Notes under the pieces: generated by a model | The model's input: the letters and a program-made list of their open reading frames with translations, nothing else | Databases searched by the model: none | What the model was told of the DNA's origin: nothing | Shown: positions 1 to 12,374 of the stretch, piece after piece | Position numbering within the stretch: the first letter of the stretch is position 1 | Layout: every line of letters starts with the position of its first letter | Made by a program: the position numbers and the translations under genes | NCBI RefSeq assembly: GCF_009914755.1 | Contig: NC_060934.1 | Length of the DNA: 64,000 nucleotides | Reading direction: 5' to 3' (one strand) | Source: the human T2T-CHM13v2.0 reference genome, Homo sapiens

Positions 1-879
1 CCTCTTGTTCCCTCTCGGGGCTGGTTGCTTTTGCCTGGACAATAAGCCTGGCCCCAGGGCACCTGGGGAAGGTGTCCAAGGAGGGGGTCCTGGGGGCCAG
101 TCCCCCGGGGGCTCGGATGATGAATCATGGGCGGTGTTTGCTGGAAGAATTTTTGTTCCGCTTCGGGCAACAAGGAACCCAAACCTCTCACTGTTGTGGG
201 GAGAAAAGTTGGAAATCAGATGGGAACTGGCTGCGGTACCAGAGAGGACGTCAGACCCGGGCCGCGGCCTCAGCCCCCGACTCCTTGTAAGCGTGGGCTG
301 GGTGCACACGTGGCGGCTGCGAGCAGTGCTTTGGAGCTCATCTCCCCAGACCCTAGTGGGAGCTGAGGGCAGCCTGGCAGGGCTGATGCAGGCCCATGCA
401 CACAGGCCAGGCAGAGGTGAGACCAGGGAATAGAAGCGTTGCAGGGGCAGAGGGCAGGAGGGGGCAGAGTCTCGGCGTAGGAGTGAGCCTACTGGTCCTT
501 CCCGCAGGCACCCTCCCTAGTGCCAGGTCTGCTGGGACTCCAGGCTGTTGGTATGCCCCCTAGGGTCCTGCTTGGAGCCTTTCTGACCCTCCTGATCCAG
601 TGCCTGTGCCGGGCTTCCTCCCCACTCACCCTGTCCTCCCTGTGCCCCATGTAGCCCACACATCAGTGTGTCCGTCCGCCTGCCTGTCTGCCCCCCACCA
701 GCCTGTGTGCCCAGGGGAAGGCTCAAGGCCGGTCATGCTCTACCTCCCTGGCCAGCCCAGCCCCGCCCCAGCCCACGGTGCATTCCCTGGACAGGATTGC
801 TGAGTTTTCCATTTTAGCCACAACAGCGCCCACACCCGCGCCAACCAACCTGTCCTTGCCACGAATATTGGCTCCTGCC

Positions 880-1060
880 CTCCTCATGGGAGCCCATGGT
901 GCATGCTATTATGACCTCGGTCTAGAGGCAGGGACACCAAGGCACAGGGGCTTAGGGAAGTTGCCTGAGGTCACGTGGCTGGTAGGGGGCGGAGCCAGCT
1001 TTATCCTCATGGCACAGATGAGGAAACTGAGGCAGAGAGGTGTTTTGCCAGGGGGCTAAT
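880..1060 (-). mobile_element. MIR SINE fragment(s)
   Basis: MIR core ACAGATGAGGAAACTGAGGCAGAGAGG at ~1014-1040 and TTGCCTGAGGTCAC upstream; boundaries approximate. Confidence 0.65.
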
Positions 1061-1672
1061 TTACTGAGCTAGCCAGCCGTTCTGGTTTTGTCTCTGTCTC
1101 GCTCAGAGGGTCCCCCACCCCACCCACCTGCCTACCCAGCTTGCCGTGTCCTCGGCCAGGGCCAGCAGTCTCAGAGGTAGAGCTGCTGAGAGAAGCCTGT
1201 CATCTGTCCTCCAAGAGGGATCTGAGTAAGCCGGAGAGCATCAGCAGCCTCAAGGGGACCTTGGACCCCTGCCCACCTTTCATTCTGTACCAGGGCAGGG
1301 TGTGTCTGCACAGCCTGGAGCCAGGTGTGGCTGGCAGCCCCAGGAAGACAGGGCCAACCCTGCCCAGCCCAGAGCAGCCGCATCTCTGCAGCAGCGGTGC
1401 ACTTGAGTGGAAGCACTGGCTTCCCAAGAGTAAGAGCTTGAGAAGGGGCCTGTCCAGAGCCCTGGGGGACGGTGGACAGGCCAGCCCAGGGGTCCAGGCC
1501 TTTCCTGTAGGGGCCGAATCGTTACCACTTCAGGCTCTGCCAGCTTCCATTTGGTCTCTCTTGCATATTACTCTCTTCTTTTTACACCCCTTTAAAAATA
1601 TAAAGACAGGCCGCAGGTAGGATTTGGCCCTCTGGCCTACACAATAGCAACTGTGAGCATTATATGTGGCTT

Positions 1673-2500
<828 letters not shown>

Positions 2501-2707
2501 GAAGGCCTCGTGGTGATGCCGAGTCCATATTCCAGCACTGACGCAGGATTGCGTGGTGCCAAGTCCCTATTTCAGCACTGACGCAGGATCACGCATGTCT
2601 TCAATGCCCCTCTCCTAGATCGTAGACACCCTGTGTGGCATCACAGAATGACACACACAAGACAAGAGGCCTCTAAAGCCCTGACACTGACACGGGTTGT
2701 TCTTGCT

Positions 2708-4104
2708 GGGGTTGCTAATGGAGCGGGTGCGGGTGTGGGTGCGGGTGAGGGTGCTGATGGAGCGGGTGAGGGTGCGGGTGAGGGTGCTGGTGGAGCGGGT
2801 GAGGGTGCGGGTGAGGGTGCTGGTGGAGCGGGTGAGGGTGAGGGTGAGGGTGCTGGTGGAGCGGGTGAGGGTGCGGGTGAGGGTGCTGGTGGAGCGGGTG
2901 AGGGTGCGGGTGAGGGTGCTGGTGGAGCGGGTGAGGGTGCGGGTGAGGGTGCTGGTGGAGCGGGTGAGGGTGCGGGTGAGGGTGCTGGTGGAGCGGGTGA
3001 GGGTGAGGGTGAGGGTGCTGGTGGAGCGGGTGAGGGTGCGGGTGAGGGTGCTGGTGGAGCGGGTGAGGGTGCGGGTGAGGGTGCTGGTGGAGCGGGTGAG
3101 GGTGAGGGTGAGGGTGCTGGTGGAGCGGGTGAGGGAGCGGGTGAGGGTGCTGGTGGAGCGGGTGAGGGAGCGGGTGAGGGTGCTGGTGGAGCGGGTGAGG
3201 GTGCGGGTGAGGGTGCTGGTGGAGCGGGTGAGGGTGCGGGTGAGGGTGCTGATGGAGCGGGTGAGGGTGAGGGTGAGGGTGAGGGTGCTGATGGAGCGGG
3301 TGAGGGTGAGGGTGTTGACGGAGCGGGTGAGGGTGAGGGTGAGGGTGAGGGTGCTGGTGGAGCGGGTGCGGGTGCGGGTGCAGGTGAGGGTGCTGATGGA
3401 GCGGGCGAGGGTGAGGGTGAGGGTGCTGATGGAGCGGGTGAGGGTGCGGGTGAGGGTGCTGGTGGAGCGGGTGCGGGTGCGGGTGCAGGTGAGGGTGCTG
3501 ATGGAGCGGGCGAGGGTGAGGGTGAGGGTGCTGATGGAGCGGGTGAGGGTGCGGGTGAGGGTGCTGATGGAGCGGGTGAGGGTGAGGGTGAGGGTGAGGG
3601 TGCTGATGGAGCGGGTGAGGGTGAGGGTGTTGACGGAGCGGGTGAGGGTGAGGGTGAGGGTGCTGATGGAGCGGGCGAGGGTGAGGGTGAGGGTGCTGAT
3701 GGAGCGGGTGAGGGTGCGGGTGAGGGTGCTGGTGGAGCGGGTGCGGGTGCGGGTGCAGGTGAGGGTGCTGATGGAGCGGGCGAGGGTGAGGGTGAGGGTG
3801 CTGATGGAGCGGGTGAGGGTGCGGGTGAGGGTGCTGATGGAGCGGGTGAGGGTGCGGGTGAGGGTGCTGATGGAGCGGGTGAGGGTGAGGGTGAGGGTGC
3901 TGATGGAGCGGGTGAGGGTGAGGGTGTTGACGGAGCGGGTGAGGGTGAGGGTGAGGGTGCTGATGGAGCGGGCGAGGGTGAGGGTGAGGGTGCTGATGGA
4001 GCGGGTGAGGGTGCGGGTGAGGGTGCTGGTGGAGCGGGTGAGGGTGAGGGTGTTAATGAAGCGGGTGCGGGTGAGGGTGCTGATGGAGCGGGTGCGGGTG
4101 AGGG
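2708..4104 (+). repeat. G-rich VNTR, ~33-bp unit GGAGCGGGTGAGGGTGCGGGTGAGGGTGCTG(G/A)T, roughly 40 units
   Basis: Directly visible tandem array of GGGTGA/GGGTGC hexamers; unit lengths 27/33/39 bp. Confidence 0.98.
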
Positions 4105-4319
4105 GGCCGCATACTCATCCCCTTGCCTGGTCCCCCAGGCTCCTACTTTGGTGTGTGCTCATTCAGGAGCAGCAGAGTGGCCGTGCTTGGGACGGCCAGC
4201 CAAGCGATCCCCACTGGTACTGGCATCTGTAGGTGCCCCTGCTTGGAGCGGGTGCTGGCAACTGCCCTTTGCTGGAAGGGGCAGCAATGTCCAGCAGTGG
4301 TGGAAGCTCTCGAAAGAAC

Positions 4320-4500
4320 ACAGGGCTGGGAGTAGAACTCAGTCAGATCCCAGCTCTGCTCTCCCTGCTGTGTGACCTATAGCAAGTCTCTGAACCTTTC
4401 TGAGCTGTTTCCTCACCTGTTCAAGATGGGGGTGACCACTTCTTCCTTGGAGGATGGAAGGGAGAGGGATGTGAGGCTCGTGAGTGCTGTGCTCGGAGAC
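4320..4500 (+). mobile_element. MIR SINE
   Basis: ATCCCAGCTCTGC...GCTGTGTGACCT..AGCAAGT..CTGAACCTTTCTGAGC..TTTCCTCACCTGT matches the MIR core. Confidence 0.75.
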
Positions 4501-5173
4501 TGTGCAGGAGGGGAAGCGGCCGTAGCCCCATACAAGCAGGTGGGCAAGGAAGTGGGGGCGCTGGAGGGGCTTAGGGGACAAGGGGTTCTGTCCTTGGGAC
4601 CTGGACAAGAGCCAAAAGGTATACCCTCACAGTCACAGGGGAGCCCACACTGCCCTCCCCTCCCAGGGACTGCCCCTGTGGCCCCCGTCCAGGTCCACAG
4701 CCTCAGCAGTCCCTGAGGGCCAGGAGGTAGCCTCCAGGCCACTGGGCTGAGAACCCTTAAAAGAAAAAGCCCCCCTGCCCATGACAGTCATTTTAGGGTC
4801 AAGAAAGCCCTTTGCAGAAACCAAACCCTTTGAAAGGGCCAACACGGCTTTTAGATGACGTGAGAACCAACTTCAAGCACTTCCTCTCAGACCAGGGTGG
4901 CAGCTTCCAAAGTGGGGGCGCTGCTGCCGGGAGACTGTGGTTTCCCTGCTTCTCAGGGAGCTTGGGCCAGGCCGTGGGGAGATCCAAGCAACATGTCCCT
5001 CGGTAGTGGTAGGTTTGCAGACGGGCCGCTCCCCACTTCCTGCCAAGCTCCAGCGGCACCTCTGTGGGTGCAAGGCTGTGGGGAGGGGCCTTCTGGCTCA
5101 CAGCCCTCCAGGCTGCCCACAGCCCCTAGGATGAGGTGCCACTTCCTCAAATGACTGTCAAGACTGGGATGGG

Positions 5174-5548
<375 letters not shown>

Positions 5549-6288
5549 CTACCCGTAGCTCCTGCCTGCCTTCAGGACTCAGCCCACAGCCCCTTCCACA
5601 AAGTCCCCTGGCAGGGCCCGGAGGCCTCTGCACTGTCTCATGGCTTCATTCCTGTGTCCTCAGCATCCAGTGAGACCTCAGGAGATGCCTGGGGAATGGC
5701 TGAAGGCTTTGGAGAGGTTGCTGCCCCCAGAATCCCAGCCAGAGGGCAGTTTATCCAGGAGCCCGGTGCCTCCTCTGTTGGGTGGGCGTGGCCTCAGAGG
5801 GCACCAACCAGAAGACACATGCTGTCACTGACATGCGGGCCCCCAGCGTTAGGGCAGGCAGGAGCTCCGAGTCTCTACCCCAGCTGTCCCCACAGTGCAC
5901 ATGGACTAGGCTCCTCCCACGGGGCACTAGGCCAGGCCAGGGGTGTGGGGTGAGCCCCTGGGGAGCCCAGAGCAGGGTACACTCATGTCCCCACCATCCA
6001 AGGTGAGATGTCTGTGCTGGAGGCCCAGAGGGAGCTGGGCCGGCTGTCACTCCACCACAAGGCTGAGCAGGCTCCCCAGTGGGAGACAGGTTTGGGGAGG
6101 TGTCCAGGTTGAGGGCACAGTCAGGAGGGGCCATGTGTGCCTGAGTAGGGCAGGGGGAGGAGGGGGATGGCCAGTGGCCACGGGCCAGGCTGCCTGGCAG
6201 GACCTGGAGGTTTCCTCAAGCTAAGGCCAGGCCCATGTTAGATGCTGGGAGGGTGGGTGTGGCTGCAGAGGGGTCAGCGTGGGGGCAC

Positions 6289-6315
6289 TGACTAACCTCC
6301 GGCCATCCTCTCCAG
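6289..6315 (+). promoter_or_regulatory. Branch point and 3' splice site of the LHPP terminal exon
   Basis: TGACTAAC (near-perfect U2 branch consensus, branch A at 6295) 20 nt upstream of CCTCTCCAG|G. Confidence 0.85.
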
Positions 6316-6412
6316 GCCCAGTGACGAGCACCATCCGGAAGTGAAGGCTGATGGGTACGTGGACAACCTCGCAGAGGCAGTGGACCTGCTGCTGCAGCAC
6401 GCCGACAAGTGA
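6316..6412 (+). CDS. LHPP: Phospholysine phosphohistidine inorganic pyrophosphate phosphatase (HAD family), terminal coding exon
   Basis: After the acceptor (phase 2) it reads (R)PSDEHHPEVKADGYVDNLAEAVDLLLQHADK*, which I recognise as the LHPP C-terminus; TGA at 6410-6412. Absent from the ORF track because it is short. Confidence 0.96.
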
Positions 6413-6422
6413 TGGCCTCCTG

Positions 6423-6563
6423 GGAGAGCCCCGCCTCCTCCACCCCTGCCTCTCCTCCACCCCTGCCTCCCCTCCACCCCTGCCTCTCCTCCACCCGCCC
6501 AGGAGAGCCCCACCTCCTCCACCCCTGCCTCTCCTCCACCCCTGCCTCCCCTCCACCTGCCCC
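6423..6563 (+). repeat. C-rich minisatellite (19-20 bp CCTCCACCCCTGCCTC(T)C) nested in a 79-bp duplication
   Basis: GGAGAGCCCC at 6423 and 6502, each followed by CCTCCACCCCTGCCTC units. Confidence 0.92.
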
Positions 6564-7170
6564 AGTGCCCAGACCAACCAAGGCCCTGACAGCCCTGCCT
6601 TCTGCCCTCTGCCCTGCATGGGCAGGCATTTGTTCCCTACCTGGGTGGCCTGCTCCCCTGCCTGGGCCCTGACTTCAGCTCCCTGTAGTGAAGTCCAGGA
6701 GGGTGGGACAGGCCTGTCAGGCCTCTGGGAATCTCCCAAATCCCAGAACTCACCACTCACCATGGGCCTTTAAATGCAGTAAACTCCACCTAACCAGATT
6801 CAGGGGCACTATGCCCACTGCCTCCTCTTCAGACTCTTTGCATTTCAGTGAAGAGCCTGGAAGAAACCCAGGGGCCTCCTATGCACAGATCTTGCAGCCC
6901 AGAACCAAGTCAGCCTCCCTGCGACTGCCCAGGCACACTGCCCACCACCCCACCCCCGAAACAATGCCAGCCCGCTGCTTTTTCTATCCTCCCAGTCACC
7001 TTTGCAGACAAAGACCAGGGGCAGCTCCCGAGGGCACTGTGAAGGCTCCCATGCCACACAGTGAGAACTGTAGCCTCTGCGTCCAAGGCACACAGGGTAC
7101 TTTCTGGACCCACTGCTGGACAGACTTGAAGGTGTCATGCCCGGTGTGTGCAGGAGGAAACTAACAGTTC

Positions 7171-7176
7171 AGTAAA
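7171..7176 (+). terminator. Probable LHPP polyadenylation signal (AGTAAA variant)
   Basis: AGTAAA followed by CA dinucleotides ~13-20 nt downstream, then CTTTG/CTTTTG elements. Confidence 0.6.
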
Positions 7177-7586
7177 CTCTGCCTTGACCAGCAGCCTTTG
7201 ACTCAGGCTTTGACTGCTAGGAAGAACCGTATGGGGGAGGCCACCAGCAGGGTCTGGGCCACTGTCTCTAGTCCTGCCTTATGCTTGAGCCACTGAATAT
7301 CAGAGGTGCGAGGGACAAGGGCCCTGAAACACCTCACCTGCTCCAGCCCCTTCACTTAGCAGATGGGGAAACTGAGGCCCAGAGGGGCCAGTGAGCTGCT
7401 GTTGGCCCTATCTGGAACGAGGCAGTCCAGGGCAAACTTTGGCACTGCCTTCCCTAACGGAACAGCCTGTGGCCTGGGGGTGGTGAGCTTTGCTTTCCCG
7501 ACCAAGGGCGCGGCGGCCTTCCCACAGGGGCCCTGGGAACAAATCACTCATAACTGAAGTTTCAGGTTTCAGAATCAGTCAGCTGA

Positions 7587-7987
<401 letters not shown>

Positions 7988-8315
7988 TGAGAGAAGCCAT
8001 GGGTCTCCGGAGCAGGATTTCCACCACATGAAGGTGGACGATAAGAAAGTGTGGGACCCACGCCGGGGAGGGGCAAGTACAGCCCCCGCAAGGCCGCCCA
8101 TTAAATCAGGATTGGGGGAAACGGTGACAGTCTTTTCAGCAAGATGAGAGGCCACCAGCCGGGCCAGTGTCACTGGATTTGAGGGAGGGCCATTTGGCCC
8201 CTTAGTTGGAAAATATGCAGATGGCTGGCTCCTTGATGGAGTCCCCTGATGGCAGCTCCTTAGGAGACAATACAGGACGTTCAGGCGGCGGCTGCAGTTC
8301 AGTGGCAGCCTGGAG

Positions 8316-8697
8316 GGGCTGTGCGTGATGCCGGGCTGTGCGTGATGCCGGGCTGTGGGTGATGCCATGCTGTGCGTGATGCCGGGTTTGTGGGTGATGC
8401 CGAGTTTGTGGGTGATGCCGGGCTGCGGGTGATGCCGGGCTGTGCGTGATGCCGGGTTTGTGGGTGATGCCGGGCTGTGCGTGATGCCGGGTTTGTGGGT
8501 GATGCCGGGCTGCGGGTGATGCCGGGCTGTGCGTGATGCCGGGCTGCGGGTGATGCCGGGCTGCGGGTGATGCCGGGGCTGTGTGTGATGCCGGGTTTGT
8601 GTGTGATGCCGGGCTGTGCGTGATGCCGGGCTGGGGGTGATGCCGGGCTGTGCGTGATGCCGGGCTGTGCGTGATGCCAGGCTGTGCGTGATGCCGG
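8316..8697 (+). repeat. 17-18 bp minisatellite GGGCTGTGCGTGATGCC, about 22 units
   Basis: Directly visible; invariant core GTGATGCC. Confidence 0.97.
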
Positions 8698-8800
8698 TTT
8701 GTTTGTAGGTCTTTAGTTTTTTCTTTCTTTTGTGTTTAATGGGGAAGCTTCCCGCCAAGACAGCAACCCCTCTGGGGGAAGGAGTTCAAGCTGAGACCTC

Positions 8801-9096
8801 TTTTTTTTTTTTTTTGAGACGGAGTCTCGCTCTGTCGCCCAGGCTGGAGTGCAGTGGCCAATCTCGGCTCACTGCAAACTCCGCCTCCCGGGTTCACACC
8901 ATTTCCCTGCCTCAGCCTCCCGAGTGGCTGGGACTACAGGTACCTGCCACCACGCCCAGCTAATTTTTTGTATTTTTTAGTAGAGACAGGGTTTCACCGT
9001 GCTAGCCAAGATGGTCTCGATCTCCTGACCTTGTGATCCGCCTGCCTCGGCCTCCCAAAGTGCTGAGATTACAGGCGTGAGCCACTGCGCCCAGCC
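8801..9096 (-). mobile_element. Alu, AluY-like
   Basis: Poly-T, AluY-type sequence (GGGTTCACACCATT; GATGGTCTCGATCTCCTGACCTTGTGATCCG); TSD GAGACCTC at 8793-8800 and 9097-9104. Confidence 0.95.
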
Positions 9097-10114
9097 GAGA
9101 CCTCCTCTTTCAAGTTGCTACCCAGGAGTGGGGTGCCCAGAGGGACAGCCCCTGGAGGTGCAGCCAGCCCCCTGCTTTGTTGGGGCGGGAGCATGCCACC
9201 CTCTGAGCCGCGGTGGGCTCAGTGAAGTGGGTGTTGTCATCCTTCCCACTGCACGGCTCTAGAGTCTGGGGTGCGGTGAGCTCGCGGCTTGCTGAGGGCC
9301 AACAGTTAGTGAGGGGTGGAGCTGCGACTTGCAGGAAGGTCCAGCCCCGCCTCCCAGGCCCTTTCTAGCCCCTTCTGTTGCCGTGCTGCTTCCCACCCTT
9401 GCCTGGAATCCTCCTGTGGGGGACGCATGTGGTGGCCCCTGTGGCTGACTTTCCGGCTGAGCCAGGGCACCAGTGTCCTCACTCTAGAGATGAGCTCTTC
9501 TGAGGGGTGAGGTCCAGCCACACCTGTGGTGGGGTGGTGTAGCCCGAGCCTGTTACCCCGTCTATAAAACAGAGGGATTCACTTCTTTTACAGGCACTTC
9601 CTGGCCCTGCGGGGTGCCCTGTCTCTGGCTGGAGCTGATGAGCCGTGGTGTGATGCTTGCCTGGGGGTCGGTGTTGCCTAGAAGTGAGGAATGACCTCCT
9701 TCACCCCTGGCTCCTTCCGGCAGCCTGGCCACTTCCAGCATGTGGAGGGGGCCCGGGCCCTGGCAGAGACGGTGTGGAACCGCCGGCCGCATGCGGGGCT
9801 GGAGTTCGGGGCTGCCAATGGGCTAAGGCCCTGTGTTCAACACATGTCGCGGAACTGTCGTGAAAAAAAGACTCAGGACCACAGGTCCGGGGTGCTCCCA
9901 GGGGTCTTTCCCACCGAGGCTGGGAGTGAGCAGCAGCCTAGGCCCAGCCACACCTCCCAGGCTCGGGAGCTGCCAGGCCAGGCAACCGTGAAGGGTAGCA
10001 GGGTGGGGGGTAGAGGGGAGGACAGGGAGAGCAGGCCTCTCGGGCCTCACCCACCCTTGCACCTTCCAGCTCTAGGGCCCACACAGTACCAAGCCCTGGG
10101 CTCAATGTACCACT

Positions 10115-10200
10115 TATGAAAACTCAATTCAAATTGGCTTAGTGCAACAAGGTATTTGGTGGTCTCACATGACTTGAACATCCAGGCCTGGCTGTCACGG
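10115..10200. mobile_element. Old MaLR LTR (MLT1-like) fragment
   Basis: GAAAACTCAATTCAAATTGGCTTA...GGTATTTGGTGGTCTCACATGACT resembles MLT1 termini. Confidence 0.4.
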
Positions 10201-12368
10201 GAACCGCATCTCTTCCCATTGCAGCTACTTGGCAGGTGGCGGGATGTCCCCCAGCCACCGACGTCCCCCTGCCTGCTCCGCAACCCCAGGGCCTGCAGAA
10301 AAGGCCCACGAGACTCAGACTGGCAGAGACTTAGGCGGACCAGGAACAGGGGCGCAGTCTCCGTCCCACCCAAACCCTAACCAGAGAGAACACGGCACGT
10401 TGTGCCAGACGGAGGACGGATGCCAGCGAGGGTCCATGTCCTCACTGCCGACAAGGCTGGGAACTGGGCCAAGTGAAGCAGAGGCCTCCACGTCAGATGT
10501 GAGCGCCACCGGCCCAGGTGACTGCAGTTCTTCCCTCCTTCCGTTCGGCTTGAGCCCTCCAGAGGATCGGAAAGGCTGAGGCCTGACCTGGTGCCGCTGT
10601 CCTGGGTGGGTCTGTCCTGCTGGTCGGTTCCTGCCCCTCTCGGGGAGGTTGGCTGGCAGCTGGCAGGTGGAAAGCCTCCTGTGTTCACCTCAGGGCAGAG
10701 GTGGGGACACAGGGCGGGACGGGCGAGTGTGGTGCCCCTCTGGGGTGGGTGCTCTTGGGTCCGCCTCCCGTGCCAGAGTGCGTGTCAACAGTTCCAGCTG
10801 CCCCTCAGAACTGTCCTGGTTTAGGAGGTGAACACACGGGGCAGCCTACATTCTACGTGGTTTTTTTAACATTATAAAAGCAGCATGTGTTATTACAGGA
10901 AATTTAACAGAAGTATATAAAAAGAAACCAGAAGTCACCCGGGAGTCTGAGCACTGTGCTCTCTGGGGCCTTTCCTTTCGGCCTTCTTCCTTCCAGCCCT
11001 TTCCCTGCACACTGGACAGAGTGGCTGAGTCTCTCTCGTAAGCCCACAGGGTTATGATCGCTGTGCAGGTAAGGAGACTACACGTGTGCCCCATGTCAGA
11101 AGCACCTGTGCCTGGCCTGGGCACTGCACTGGGGGTGAGGCCTGGGGCCAGGCCCCACGTGGGGGCAGAACGGAGCTATCCATCCAGCCAGGGACCTCAT
11201 CTAGGGATTGGGGGCAGCAAGGGGCTGGTAAGGGCCAGAGGTAATTCCAGGGCCACTCTGTGCCCTACCCTCAGGTGGGGCACAAGGGTGGGGGCACTGC
11301 GCTGGGTAGAAGCCCCCCGCCAGCCCCTGGCCCACCAGTCATCTGTCAGATACGGAGGCAGGGGTGAGGGGAGGGTGTGCTGGGGAAGTCAATGCATCCA
11401 GCCTCGAATCAGTGAGTCCCTAGGCCTTGGGTAAGGCAGGGCTGCAGGGATGGCAGTGAGGACAAGGGGCTCACCTCCCCCCAGCAGCCCCACTTCACAT
11501 GTTTGTTTCTTGAGTTCAGTGCTCATAGACTTAAAAAAAAAAAATCTTGCTAAAAGCAAAAACCAAAAGAAAAGCGGGGGCTACAGAGCCTCATTCCCAG
11601 AGGGGCTGCTCTGGCCCTAACAAGCATTCTAGGCCAGACTTCCATGGGCAGATTGTGTGGGCAAGTGTTGAGTTATGGAAATCAAGCAAACCTCTCCACG
11701 CCTGTCCTCCAGGCCGCAAACACGCCCTTCTCCTGAGTCCGGGTAAGCAGAGGGCCATGCACGGGAGACAGTGGGCCACGCCGGGCTGGGCTTCGTGCTT
11801 CTGGGGCCCCCGCAACTCACTCACGCAGCAGAAGTCTGCACTGTGCTGCCTGCAGCGGGGGCAGAAACCCGGAGCCAGTGAGCCTGTCTGTGCCACCTCA
11901 GCTACCCTGGTGGGTGGGTGGTGGGGGCCATCCCAGGCCCCTCAGGGCTGCAGGCCAGGCTGGGCCCATCTCCGCACGCTGCTGTGTGGCCTCACCTCCC
12001 AGCGCTGTCGAAGGCTGAGCTGCTGTGCTCGGAAGGGCAGACTCCTCCATGGCTTCTAACTCAAGTGACACAAGGAGTGTCTCCCCACTGCTGTCCTGGG
12101 GCTCCTGGCCCTAGAAGGGCTCCCCATGATGCAGCTGTGGCCATGGGCAGCCTTCCCCCGTCCCCCGGCGTCTCCACAGCTCTGTGATGTCTGCTAGCCC
12201 CATTTTATCGATTCAGACCCCGAGGCTTGGAGGGGACAGAAGGGTCCAGTCTAGGTCTCTCTGCGCCCAGAGCTAATGCTCCTGTGAGCAGGGGGGACCT
12301 GCCAGTTCACCACACCCAACAGAAACCACACAGCTGGCACCAGGCACTTGGGTATTGAACCAGGAAGC

Positions 12369-12374
12369 TTTATT
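12369..12374 (-). terminator. FAM53B distal polyadenylation signal AATAAA
   Basis: Minus strand reads TTGTACTGTGTA-AATAAA-GCTTCCTGGTTCAATACCCA, then GU-rich GTGTGGTTTCTGTTGGGTGTG; upstream UGUA and downstream GU elements are both present. Confidence 0.9.

Larger units (their letters stand above)
6413..7195 (+). other. LHPP: LHPP 3'UTR (end approximate)
   Basis: Follows the stop codon; no AATAAA seen, variant signal AGTAAA at 7171-7176. Confidence 0.7.

Noticed and set aside
2708-4104. Interstitial telomere or fusion scar
   Set aside because: No canonical TTAGGG units and no head-to-head inversion; hexamers are embedded in a 33-bp unit.
2633-4375. 580-aa and 511-aa ORFs as genuine protein-coding genes (fibroin- or EBNA1-like)
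   Set aside because: Fully explained by a hexamer-based VNTR; no promoter, splice or poly(A) support seen. Kept only as a speculative translation finding.
10860-10950. AT-rich patch with TATAAA as a distal LHPP poly(A) site
   Set aside because: It resembles a decayed L1ME fragment and has only weak hexamers, so it cannot be supported from sequence alone.
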